A stretch of DNA of 64,000 nt. It comes from an uncultured Paludibacter sp. GTDB lineage: Bacteria > Bacteroidota > Bacteroidia > Bacteroidales > Paludibacteraceae. The DNA lies in contig CAZTDH010000001.1 in NCBI GenBank assembly GCA_964612615.1, positions 14,977 to 78,976 on the forward strand, in the 5' to 3' direction. A model generated the notes under the pieces. It did not search any database. It was given only the letters and a program-made list of their open reading frames with translations, and was not told the origin of the DNA. The translations under genes and the position numbers were made by a program. Positions 40,021-49,392 of the stretch are shown in pieces (position 1 is the first letter of the stretch; every line of letters starts with the position of its first letter).

Positions 40021-40104
40021 TATTTTATTTCGAACTAAAATAGAAGCAATTATTGTGTTTATTATTGTTTCTATTGTGGTTCAAAAACTTTAATTTAAAA
40101 AAAA

Positions 40105-43100
40105 ATGAATAACATTTTTATTGGAAACAACCCGGTAATTGCCGGCAAAAAAGAAGCAGACGGACAATTTGTCCTTATTGATGATGAAAAGTATTACCTG
40201 ATAAAAAACTACGACTCGATGCAGCCGTTTTTTATCAGTCTGGCAAGTGATTCCAACCATTGGATGTATATTTCGAGTTCCGGTGGATTAACTGCAGGTC
40301 GGAAAAACCCCGATACAGCACTTTTCCCTTATTACACCGATGATAAAATCAACGAATCGGCCGAAATGACCGGAAGCAAGACCATTTTGCATGTCAGCAA
40401 AAGTGACAAAACCTATCTTTGGGAGCCATTTTCGGACAGAAACAAAGGTATATATAAATTGGAGCGGTCGATTGCCAAAAGCACGACCGGTAACAAACTG
40501 ATTTTTACCGAAAAAAATCTTGATCTGGGTTTGAGTTTTAGTTATGCTTGGATGAATTCTGACGAATTTGGCTGGGTAAAGAGAAGTAGTCTGACGAATG
40601 AAAATGATAAATCTGTCGAGGTTTATCTGGTTGATGGGCTGCAAAATATCCTTCCATCGGGAATTGACCGAAATACGCAAAACGCCTATTCCACGTTGGT
40701 GGACGGCTACAAAAAGACTGAATTGATTGAAAATACCGGGCTTGCCTTATTCAGAATGGAAGCCATTCTGGTGGATCGCCCCGAACCAAGTGAATCGCTT
40801 CGGGCTAATACCGTTTGGTCTTTTGGATTGAAAAATGCTCATTATTTATTGAGTTCAACACAACTGGATAAAGTCAGAAAAGGTGAAAAAGCAAACCCTG
40901 AAACTGAAGCAAAAGGAGTAAGAGGAGCATTTTTTGTAAGCTCAGATTTTGAGATAAAAACTGCTGAAACAAAAACATGGTATTTTGTGGCTGAATTAAA
41001 TCAGGATGCGGCTGCAGTGAATAATCTGATAGATTTTATTTGCAAAACAGCAAACATTGCAGAAGTTGTAGAACAAAATATCGCCAAAGGAACTCAGGCT
41101 TTGAAAGCCATTGTTGCACAGGCTGATGGTGTTCAGCAAACTGCAGATGAGAATGGTGTGGCACGACATTTTTCGAATGTTCTTTTCAATACGATGCGCG
41201 GAGGAATTTACAGTGATAATTACACGATTCACAGTACGTTTTTCAACAAGCATATACAGCATTTCAATAAAAAATGTGCAGAGAAACATGCAAAATTCTT
41301 ATCGACACTGCCTGAAACCATTGAATATGCCGAACTTGATAAACTCATTCAGCAACAAAACGATGCTAATTTATATCGTTTGTTTCAGGAATATCTACCA
41401 CTTACCTTCAGTCGCCGTCATGGTGACCCGAGCCGTCCGTGGAACTTGTTCAATATTAATATTAAAGACGAAAACGGTGATAAACTACTTTCGTATCAGG
41501 GCAACTGGCGCGATATTTTCCAGAACTGGGAAGCACTTTCACTGTCGTATCCGGCTTATATCAATGGCATTATTGCAAAATTTCTGAATGCCACTACCGC
41601 CGATGGTTATAATCCGTATCGTGTAACCAACGACGGAATTGACTGGGAAGTGATAGAACCCGAAAATCCGTGGTCGAACATTGGCTATTGGGGCGATCAT
41701 CAGATTATTTATTTGTTGAAATTGTTGGAAGTTTCACGAAATCATTATCCTGAAAACCTACTTTCGTTGCTTGATAAAGAGATGTTTGCGTATGCCAATG
41801 TACCCTATCGCATAAAAGAATATGCCGAAATTGTGGCCGCCCCGAAAAACTCTATTCGTTTTGATGCTCAGTTGCATCATCAGATCGAAAACCTCGAAAA
41901 AACCTACGGTTCTGATGCACGATTAGTATTGAATCCTGATGGAGAAGTGAAACTTGTGAGTTTTACAGAGAAATTGCTCGCCACTTTACTTGCTAAACTC
42001 AGTAATTTTATCCCCGAAGCCGGAATCTGGATGAACACGCTTCGTCCGGAATGGAACGATGCTAACAATGCGCTGGTTGGAACCGGTGCCTCGATGGTGA
42101 CACTTTATTATATGCGGCGGTTTGTAACTTTTACTCAGGAACTTTTCCAACAATCCGCTTTGGAAAACTTTTCAGTTTCGGCTGAAATGTTTGGTTTCTT
42201 TGACGAAATAAACACAGCGTTGATTGATAATTCGTTTTTACTCGAAAAAGGATTTAACAACGAACAGCGCCGTACAGTTGCAGACGAACTAGGAAATGCC
42301 GGGAGTTCTTACCGCGAGCTTATTTACAAAGGCTTCACGGGTAAAAATCATCTAATTCCGAAATCAAATCTGCTGGAGTTCTTAACACTGACTCTCGATT
42401 ATCTAGACCAGTCAATTACCGTGAATAAGCGTCCTGATAATTTGTATCATGCCTATAATCTGGTTAGTTTTTCCGAAAATAGTGTTGCTGTTCGCCATTT
42501 ATATGAAATGCTTGAAGGACAGGTGGCGGTGCTGAGTTCCGGAAAACTCTCGCCAGCGGAAGTGCTCGCTTTATTGACTGCTTTGCGCAACAGTTCGTTG
42601 TATCGAGCTGACCAAAACAGTTATATTTTGTATCCAAACAAGCGGTTACCGTTGTTTATTGAAAAAAATAATATCAATACCGCCGATGTTCAACGAATAA
42701 AACTCCTGGAAGAACTTGTCAAACAAGGCGATTCACGGATTATTACTACCGATAAAAAAGGAGAGTTTCATTTCAATGCCGGTTTCAATAATGCCAACTA
42801 CCTCCGTGAAGCGTTGATTAAGTTGAAAAAAGAAGGAAAATTCAACGTTACAGATGACGATATTCAGGAAATAGAAAGTAATTACGAACAAATTTTTGAT
42901 CATCAGTCATTTACAGGTCGTTCGGGGACTTTCTACAAGTATGAAGGTCTCGGATGTATTTATTGGCATATGGTTTCCAAACTGTTGTTGGTTATTGCTG
43001 AAAACATCAAATCAGCCATAGAACAATCTGCAGATAAAACCATAATTGAAGCTCTTGAAAAGCATTATTTTGATGTGAAAGCCGGAATTGGTGCGCACAA

Positions 43101-43497
43101 ATCACCTGCTGTATATGGCTCATTCCCTTTCGATCCCTACTCGCATACACCAACTATGGCCGGCGTTCAACAACCTGGCATGACGGGTCAGGTAAAAGAA
43201 GATATTATCAGTCGGTTTTATGAACTGGGGGTACAGGTCGAAAATGGTTGTATTTCAATCAATCCAACGATTCTGAAGTCTGACGAATTTATTCATTCTG
43301 ATAATGAAAAGCCGCATTTGTCCTTTACTTATTGCTCTGTTCCTTTTGAATATCAGCTAACTGGAGGAAATGGAATACGAATTTTATATAAAGAGGAAGA
43401 AACTATCGATATCATAGAATACCAGCTTACAGAAGGGCAAAGCCAGGATATTTTTAACCGGGATAAATCTATCTTAAAAGTGATGGTTGAGTTTTGA
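40105..43497 (+). CDS. GH149 beta-1,3-glucan phosphorylase
   Basis: 1130 aa, no signal peptide; FSRRHGDPSRPWN, YQGNWRDIFQNWEAL, RPEWNDANNALVG, YEGLGCIYWHMVSKL, QQPGMTGQVKED. Confidence 0.88.
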   Translation: MNNIFIGNNPVIAGKKEADGQFVLIDDEKYYLIKNYDSMQPFFISLASDSNHWMYISSSGGLTAGRKNPDTALFPYYTDDKINESAEMTGSKTILHVSKSDKTYLWEPFSDRNKGIYKLERSIAKSTTGNKLIFTEKNLDLGLSFSYAWMNSDEFGWVKRSSLTNENDKSVEVYLVDGLQNILPSGIDRNTQNAYSTLVDGYKKTELIENTGLALFRMEAILVDRPEPSESLRANTVWSFGLKNAHYLLSSTQLDKVRKGEKANPETEAKGVRGAFFVSSDFEIKTAETKTWYFVAELNQDAAAVNNLIDFICKTANIAEVVEQNIAKGTQALKAIVAQADGVQQTADENGVARHFSNVLFNTMRGGIYSDNYTIHSTFFNKHIQHFNKKCAEKHAKFLSTLPETIEYAELDKLIQQQNDANLYRLFQEYLPLTFSRRHGDPSRPWNLFNINIKDENGDKLLSYQGNWRDIFQNWEALSLSYPAYINGIIAKFLNATTADGYNPYRVTNDGIDWEVIEPENPWSNIGYWGDHQIIYLLKLLEVSRNHYPENLLSLLDKEMFAYANVPYRIKEYAEIVAAPKNSIRFDAQLHHQIENLEKTYGSDARLVLNPDGEVKLVSFTEKLLATLLAKLSNFIPEAGIWMNTLRPEWNDANNALVGTGASMVTLYYMRRFVTFTQELFQQSALENFSVSAEMFGFFDEINTALIDNSFLLEKGFNNEQRRTVADELGNAGSSYRELIYKGFTGKNHLIPKSNLLEFLTLTLDYLDQSITVNKRPDNLYHAYNLVSFSENSVAVRHLYEMLEGQVAVLSSGKLSPAEVLALLTALRNSSLYRADQNSYILYPNKRLPLFIEKNNINTADVQRIKLLEELVKQGDSRIITTDKKGEFHFNAGFNNANYLREALIKLKKEGKFNVTDDDIQEIESNYEQIFDHQSFTGRSGTFYKYEGLGCIYWHMVSKLLLVIAENIKSAIEQSADKTIIEALEKHYFDVKAGIGAHKSPAVYGSFPFDPYSHTPTMAGVQQPGMTGQVKEDIISRFYELGVQVENGCISINPTILKSDEFIHSDNEKPHLSFTYCSVPFEYQLTGGNGIRILYKEEETIDIIEYQLTEGQSQDIFNRDKSILKVMVEF

Positions 43498-43531
43498 CTT
43501 CAATGAAATAATTCGGAGATTTATACTAAAA

Positions 43532-43556
43532 TAGGGTGGCCAAATTGGACACCCTA
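43532..43556. terminator. Hairpin between convergent genes (probable bidirectional terminator; end of the PUL)
   Basis: TAGGGTGGCCAA / TTGGACACCCTA with one mismatch. Confidence 0.6.
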
Positions 43557-43583
43557 CTCATTCACAACACAAAATCTATTTAC

Positions 43584-44462
43584 CTATTTCTCGCAAGCTA
43601 CTGTTCCGTCGGAATTGAATGTTACTGATTTTCGAACGCCACTAAGTTCCATATGTACTTTATATTGCACGCTTCCATCAGCTAAAGTCAGCTTTTCAGC
43701 ACGTTTCATAACCGTGTAGGTTGAATAACCTGCTGTTACTGCTGCTGAAATTTCGGCAGGAACATCAGCATATTTAATTCTTTCGCCTATAAAAAGGAAT
43801 GTACCGACTGCATCAAATACAAGTTTTGCAGGTTCACTGGCTGTGGTACAAACCATTACCTGAGTTACTGCTCCCTGACAAATCGTATCAGTTTCGGCAT
43901 GAATTACTGAATATCCTGAATAATTTGTGCTGATGTAGGTATTTATTGCAGCTGATAATGAATCTACAGAAACTTCATTTCTGAAATGACGATCATGTCC
44001 GTGTCCACCGCCTTTTGGTCCACCTAGGTGAGTACTGTCAGGAGCTATTCCACCACCAGGGCCGTGACCACCATGTCCACCGTTTCCATGTCCACCATGA
44101 TCTCCGGGTTTGCCATGTCCACCACCCGGACGATGTCCACGAACGCTGTCATTGCGTGTCGTATCTGCCGGATTAACGATACTGTCTGCTTTCAAACCGG
44201 CTTTGAAATTGTTGGAATAAGAAATTACTGAACCGCTTGTAGTAAATGAAACTGTTTCACCAGTGTTTAGCGTGGCGGTTACAGTAGAACCACTCGAAAT
44301 TGTAGATACAATTTTAGTGTCAGGATAATTTTGGGCAATGTATGCCGAAACAGAACTCGAGGTGGCACTTGAAACAGTTGCTCTACCTGCAAAATCTTCA
44401 TTGCTGCTGCACGATACCAGAAAGGCAGTAATAGCTAAAATCGAAAAAATGGTCTTTTTCAT
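43584..44462 (-). CDS. Lipoprotein with PepSY-like (DUF2874/BLIP-like) domains and a His/Gly-rich linker
   Basis: Start set at ATG 44462 (MKKTIFSILAITAFLVSC lipobox); SAYIAQNYPD, INTYISTNYSGY, DVPAEISAAV..Y repeats ending in V.F..DG-like motifs. Confidence 0.75.
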   Translation of the reverse strand: MKKTIFSILAITAFLVSCSSNEDFAGRATVSSATSSSVSAYIAQNYPDTKIVSTISSGSTVTATLNTGETVSFTTSGSVISYSNNFKAGLKADSIVNPADTTRNDSVRGHRPGGGHGKPGDHGGHGNGGHGGHGPGGGIAPDSTHLGGPKGGGHGHDRHFRNEVSVDSLSAAINTYISTNYSGYSVIHAETDTICQGAVTQVMVCTTASEPAKLVFDAVGTFLFIGERIKYADVPAEISAAVTAGYSTYTVMKRAEKLTLADGSVQYKVHMELSGVRKSVTFNSDGTVACEK

Positions 44463-44572
44463 ACTGATAAAATTTTTAATTGTTATTAATTTGTTTTGTT
44501 GATTTTGAGCGAAGTAATAATTGTCAATAGCACTGCGTTTTAAATTTGTAATTGCTTTTAGTAATCGATACG

Positions 44573-44580
44573 CAAAAGTA
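44573..44580 (-). promoter_or_regulatory. Candidate -7 promoter box for the PepSY-like gene
   Basis: TACTTTTG on the minus strand fits TAnnTTTG. Confidence 0.4.
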
Positions 44581-44792
44581 GATTTACAGAAACTTCCCGA
44601 CAAGCAAAATCAGTAAAGAGGAGTGTATTATAAGTCAAAACCAGCATTTTATAAACTACAACCTGAATCTGTAAAGCGAAATTTGGTCGTTTATCAATCG
44701 GAATTTCAATAAATTAGTATAAATGACGAAAATGAATTTTGAAAAAAACATATTTTTCCGGTTATCGTAAGTAGTGGAAACAATAAAAATCG

Positions 44793-44800
44793 TATTTTTG
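44793..44800 (+). promoter_or_regulatory. Candidate -7 promoter box for the dut operon
   Basis: TATTTTTG fits TAnnTTTG, 60 nt upstream of dut; no clear -33 box. Confidence 0.4.
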
Positions 44801-44860
44801 TAGCTAAACCCAAGTTCAATTAACAAATTGACTTTATCTGGAAAATAAATTGCTGAATAT

Positions 44861-45295
44861 ATGAGAATCAACATTGTAAATCGCTCCAAACATGCACTTC
44901 CCGAGTATGCCACACCTTTATCAGCCGGTATGGATTTACGGGCTAATATTGACGAACCAATCGTTTTGAAATCATTGGAACGAAAATTGATACCAACAGG
45001 TTTGTTCATCGAACTTCCCGAAGGTTACGAGGCTCAGATTCGCCCACGCAGCGGATTGGCCATAAAGAAAGGAATTACTGTTTTGAATTCGCCGGGAACG
45101 ATTGACGCTGATTATCGGGGCGAAATTTGCATTATTCTGGTGAACCTTTCGACTGAAGATTTTGTAATAAACGATGGCGAACGTATTTGCCAAATGATTA
45201 TTGCCCAACATGCACAAGCCGAATGGTTGGAAGTGGCTGAACTGGGCGAAACTGATCGTGGAGCAGGTGGATTTGGCCATACGGGGAAACATTAA
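44861..45295 (+). CDS. dut: dUTP diphosphatase
   Basis: [42 protein letters not shown]. Confidence 0.98.
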   Translation: MRINIVNRSKHALPEYATPLSAGMDLRANIDEPIVLKSLERKLIPTGLFIELPEGYEAQIRPRSGLAIKKGITVLNSPGTIDADYRGEICIILVNLSTEDFVINDGERICQMIIAQHAQAEWLEVAELGETDRGAGGFGHTGKH

Positions 45296-45296
45296 T

Positions 45297-45331
45297 CAGT
45301 TGACAGTGAATAGTTATCAGTGAACAGTTAT
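45297..45331. repeat. Degenerate heptamer tandem repeat
   Basis: CAGTTGA-CAGTGAA-TAGTTAT-CAGTGAA-CAGTTAT. Confidence 0.6.
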
Positions 45332-45360
45332 TTGTCACGATTATTCTGATTATCAAATTT

Positions 45361-47103
45361 ATGTACAAAATAAACTTTCTGTTTTTAGTTTTATTATTTA
45401 CTTTGTTTTCGAACGCTGCAACCAAAAAACCGGTTGATAAGAGTCCGAAAATGATTCATTTATCTGAATCGGAACAACGACGGTTTGATTATTTTTTCTA
45501 CGAAGGACAGAAACAAAAGGAAAACAGACAATTTGATCAGGCTATCGAAACGTTTCAGCTTTGCGCTGCGCTTGATTCAGTGGATTCGGGCGTACAATCT
45601 GAGCTTGGTTTGCTGTACGGCGCTACCGGATTTACCGCTGAAGCCATTCGATGCATGGAAAAAGCCATTAATACCGATCCTTCCAACTGGTGGTATAACG
45701 TGCAGTTAATCAGCATGTATTCTGAACTTAAAAACTGGAAACGCTCCATTGAAATTGCAGTTAATCTACAGAAGTTATACCCGAACAAAGAGGAAGTTTA
45801 CAGCATGTTGGGTTCGCTTTATAAGGAAACCAAGCAATTTGAGAAAGCTATTGCAGCTTACGAGCGGCTTGAAAGCCTCACAGGAATAAATCAGGGACTT
45901 TCACTTGAAAAGTTTCAGTTGTATATCTTGCTGAATAACAAGAAGAAAGGGATTGCCGAAATTGACAAACTGGTAAATAAATACCCTTCCGAATCGCGGT
46001 ACAAAGTGTTTCGGGGCGATATTTACCTGCAACAAAATATGCCACAAAAGGCTTTCGAAGTGTATAAGCAGGTATTGAAAGATGATCCGCAAAATGCATT
46101 TGTATATGTATCACTTTCGAATTATTATAAAACTGTAAATCAGCCGGACAAGGCCCTGGAATCAATAGTTGCTGCATTGAAAAACGAGCAACTTGATGTG
46201 GATACTAAGGTTCAGGTATTGGGACAATATGTTGAAAAACTGGTTCGCGATTCAACTAAACTGAGCGAAACCGAAAGTTTGTTTAAGTTGTTGGTCGACC
46301 GTTATCCAATGGAAGAGCAGGTTCATGGCTATTACGCCATGTTTTTGCAGGTTCAGAAACGAAATGCAGAAGCTATTTCGGAACTGGAGTCGATGTTGAA
46401 TATCAATTCCAAAAACGACCAAACCTGGATGCGGTTAATTCAGATTTATCTTGGCGAGAAGAATTTCAAACAAACCGTGACTATAACCGATCGTGCCATT
46501 GAGAATCTTCCTAAATCTTCGGCTTGGTATTTTTACCGTGGCATTGCAGAGTTTCAGTTGGCAAATTATCCGGCAGCATTGATATCGTATAAAACAGGTT
46601 TGCCACTTATTTCCGCTGACCAGTTGGATTTAAAAAGTGATTTTTATGCCCAAATTGCCGATACTTATTTTAAAGTGGAGAAAAAAGATTCGGCCTTTGT
46701 GAACTACGAAAAATCGCTTGCCGCCAATCCGAAGAATATTATGGTAATGAATAATTATGCTTATTATCTTTCGTTGAGCAAAGATGAACTGAAAAAAGCG
46801 GAACGTATGAGTGCCAAAACGGTGGAATTGGAACCCAAAAACAGCACCTATTTAGATACTTATGCCTGGATTTTATATCAACAGGCTAATTTTTCGCTGG
46901 CTAAATATTATATCGAACGTGCGGTTGACAATATGAAAAAAGATGAAGAATCAAGTGTAATTCTGGAACATTATGGCGATATTTTGTGGATGACAAAAAA
47001 TGATGATAAAGCACTGAAAATGTGGCAGAAATCATTCGATGTGGGAAACAAAACCGACGATTTGAAAAAGAAAATTGAAAACAAAGGATGGAAAAGACAA
47101 TAG
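45361..47103 (+). CDS. Tetratricopeptide-repeat protein
   Basis: Multiple TPRs, NNYAYYLS..YLDTYAWILY..EHYGDIL; conserved Bacteroidetes dut-TPR-DUF4292-M23 synteny. Confidence 0.9.
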   Translation: MYKINFLFLVLLFTLFSNAATKKPVDKSPKMIHLSESEQRRFDYFFYEGQKQKENRQFDQAIETFQLCAALDSVDSGVQSELGLLYGATGFTAEAIRCMEKAINTDPSNWWYNVQLISMYSELKNWKRSIEIAVNLQKLYPNKEEVYSMLGSLYKETKQFEKAIAAYERLESLTGINQGLSLEKFQLYILLNNKKKGIAEIDKLVNKYPSESRYKVFRGDIYLQQNMPQKAFEVYKQVLKDDPQNAFVYVSLSNYYKTVNQPDKALESIVAALKNEQLDVDTKVQVLGQYVEKLVRDSTKLSETESLFKLLVDRYPMEEQVHGYYAMFLQVQKRNAEAISELESMLNINSKNDQTWMRLIQIYLGEKNFKQTVTITDRAIENLPKSSAWYFYRGIAEFQLANYPAALISYKTGLPLISADQLDLKSDFYAQIADTYFKVEKKDSAFVNYEKSLAANPKNIMVMNNYAYYLSLSKDELKKAERMSAKTVELEPKNSTYLDTYAWILYQQANFSLAKYYIERAVDNMKKDEESSVILEHYGDILWMTKNDDKALKMWQKSFDVGNKTDDLKKKIENKGWKRQ

Positions 47104-47939
47104 TTTTATCAGTCGGTAGTCGGCAGTCGGTAGCAAAGAGATTTTCTTTTGCAATTCTACTTATTGCACTTAGTTTTTCGGGTTGTAAAACGGTGAAAAC
47201 AATTTCGAAACCTGTGGTGGAAAAGAAGCCAAATCCGGTTGTGCAAATCGTTGAACAAGTGCAGAAAAACCAACCGGAATTCCGCACCGCCAATGTAAGT
47301 AAAATGGCTTTGGAGTTGGAAATGGGCGAACGAAAAGTCAATGTTTCGGCTACCTGCAAAATCAGAAAGGATTCTGCCCTGTATCTTTCCATTCAACCGT
47401 TTTTGGGAATAGAGATGTTCAAAGCTGAATTTACAACCGACAGTATTAAGGTTTTTGATAAAATGAACCGACGTTATTATACGGCTGATTATTCGTATTT
47501 TAGCGGTCGTTTTGGAGTGGATGTAGATTTTTACAGTCTGCAATCATTACTTACTGCACGGTTTTTCTGTGTAGGACAGAAAAATGTTGTTGCTGATAGT
47601 TGCCGGTTAAGCGTGTCGCCGGTTGGGATAAATACAATCGGTTTTGAAACAAAAAACATGACTCAGGAAAGTGAAATATCGGATAAACGTATAATCCAAC
47701 AAGTTATATTGACAACTAAGAAAAGTAATTACCGTTTACAAACGACTTACGCAGATTATTTGCTGGAAAATGGAGTGAATTTTCCACAGAAAATCAGTTT
47801 AAAAATCATCAGTCCGAAAACCAATGCAAATTGCGATTTTTCCATCTTAAAAGTAATTTTTAATACAGATATAAAGTTTATTCCTACAAGTTCCGAGCGT
47901 TTTACTCACGCCGAATTAGACCAATTGCTTAAAAAATAA
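47088..47939 (+). CDS. DUF4292-family lipoprotein
   Basis: Lipobox FSGC, IRKDSALYLSIQPFLGIEM, DFYSLQSLL; synteny. Confidence 0.82.
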   Translation: MEKTIVLSVGSRQSVAKRFSFAILLIALSFSGCKTVKTISKPVVEKKPNPVVQIVEQVQKNQPEFRTANVSKMALELEMGERKVNVSATCKIRKDSALYLSIQPFLGIEMFKAEFTTDSIKVFDKMNRRYYTADYSYFSGRFGVDVDFYSLQSLLTARFFCVGQKNVVADSCRLSVSPVGINTIGFETKNMTQESEISDKRIIQQVILTTKKSNYRLQTTYADYLLENGVNFPQKISLKIISPKTNANCDFSILKVIFNTDIKFIPTSSERFTHAELDQLLKK

Positions 47940-47943
47940 CACG

Positions 47944-49290
47944 ATGATAAAACAAACGTTGAACCGATTTTTGATACTCACAGTTTCATTGATAGTCGTT
48001 TTAGGTGGCTTACAGGCACAAACGGTGAAAGAACTTGAACAGCAGCGCAAGCAAGCACTGCAAAAGCTTGAAATGACCAGCAAAATGCTGAATGAAACCA
48101 AAAAATCACAGAAAAGTTCGTTGAATAAACTCAGCATTATTTCTAAAAATATCAATGAACGGAAGACACTGATTAAAAATATCGGCACTGAGATTGGTAA
48201 ACTCGATCAACAAATTGGTCAGTTGAATCAGGAAAAAGTACGTTTGGAAGGCAATCTGAAAGCGTTGAAAGCCGATTATGCCCGACTGGTGGAAGAAGCA
48301 CACATCAACCGCAGCCTGTATGCCAAAATAATGTTTGTGCTTTCGGCCAAATCGTTCGACCAATCGTATCGTCGGTTGCGTTATCTTCAGGAATTCAGCG
48401 ATTATCGCAAACAACAGGTCTATAAAATTCAGGGAATAAAAGTCCAGATTGAGCATAAAAATGACAGTCTGCAAGTGCATAAAACCACTAAAGTGCAGGT
48501 GGTGAAGCAAAAAGAAACTGAAGCAAAGATTCTGACCAAAGACCAGCAAAAGGAAAAAGTGCTGCTTACCGATTTGCAGAAAAAAGAAGCTAAATTACGT
48601 GCAGATTTGAAAATTCAGCAGAAAAAGGCGGCTGAATTGAATAATAAGATTGAACGTTTAATTGCCGAAGAAATTCGCAAAGCAGAAGCCAAACGTGCTG
48701 CTGCCGAAAAGAAACGATTGGCAGATGAACATGCCACCGAGAAAAAACATGCCACCGAAGAGGCTAAAACGACAAAGACAGGTTCAAAGAAAGAATCCAA
48801 ACCAACTGCTGAAGTTTCAAAACCGTCAACAAATCCATCAGTTTCATTGCTGACAAAAGAGGAAACGCTGCTTTCGGGAAATTTTGAGCGTAATCAGGGA
48901 CGCTTGCCCTGGCCAACTTCAAACGGGTTTATCAGCGGACATTTTGGAATTCACGAACATCCGGTATTAAAACATGTAACCACCAATAACAAAGGTATTT
49001 ATGTTCAAACTCCGGTTGGAAGTGCGGCACGTGCGGTGTTCGAAGGTGTGGTTACACAACGTTTTTCCATTCCCGGTAGCAATAATGCGGTGATTATTCA
49101 GCATGGGAATTACCGGACAGTTTATGCCAATCTGACTCAGATTTTCGTAAAAGAAGGCGATCATGTGTCTGCAAAACAGGCTATTGGAAAAATTTATACC
49201 GACGACGAACGTGACAACAAAACTGAATTATATTTTCAGGTGTGGAATGGGAAAAACCTCCAAAATCCTGAAAGCTGGATAGCACGTTAG
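47944..49290 (+). CDS. EnvC-like murein hydrolase activator (coiled coil + M23 domain)
   Basis: Long coiled coil, GRLPWP, AVFEGVV, IIQHGNYRTVYANL, LYFQVW..NPESWI. Confidence 0.88.
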   Translation: MIKQTLNRFLILTVSLIVVLGGLQAQTVKELEQQRKQALQKLEMTSKMLNETKKSQKSSLNKLSIISKNINERKTLIKNIGTEIGKLDQQIGQLNQEKVRLEGNLKALKADYARLVEEAHINRSLYAKIMFVLSAKSFDQSYRRLRYLQEFSDYRKQQVYKIQGIKVQIEHKNDSLQVHKTTKVQVVKQKETEAKILTKDQQKEKVLLTDLQKKEAKLRADLKIQQKKAAELNNKIERLIAEEIRKAEAKRAAAEKKRLADEHATEKKHATEEAKTTKTGSKKESKPTAEVSKPSTNPSVSLLTKEETLLSGNFERNQGRLPWPTSNGFISGHFGIHEHPVLKHVTTNNKGIYVQTPVGSAARAVFEGVVTQRFSIPGSNNAVIIQHGNYRTVYANLTQIFVKEGDHVSAKQAIGKIYTDDERDNKTELYFQVWNGKNLQNPESWIAR

Positions 49291-49392
49291 TTTATTGAGT
49301 AATTATGTATATTAGTTAATTCGTTTGAAATAAAAAGATGGTAAAAAGGTGGAAGTTTTACTACTTTCCGTTTACCGTTTACTGCTGATTTT

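Noticed and set aside
44463-44603. 47-aa N-terminal extension of the PepSY-like ORF in the track
   Set aside because: The lipoprotein signal peptide begins at ATG 44462, and the extension overlaps a candidate promoter box.
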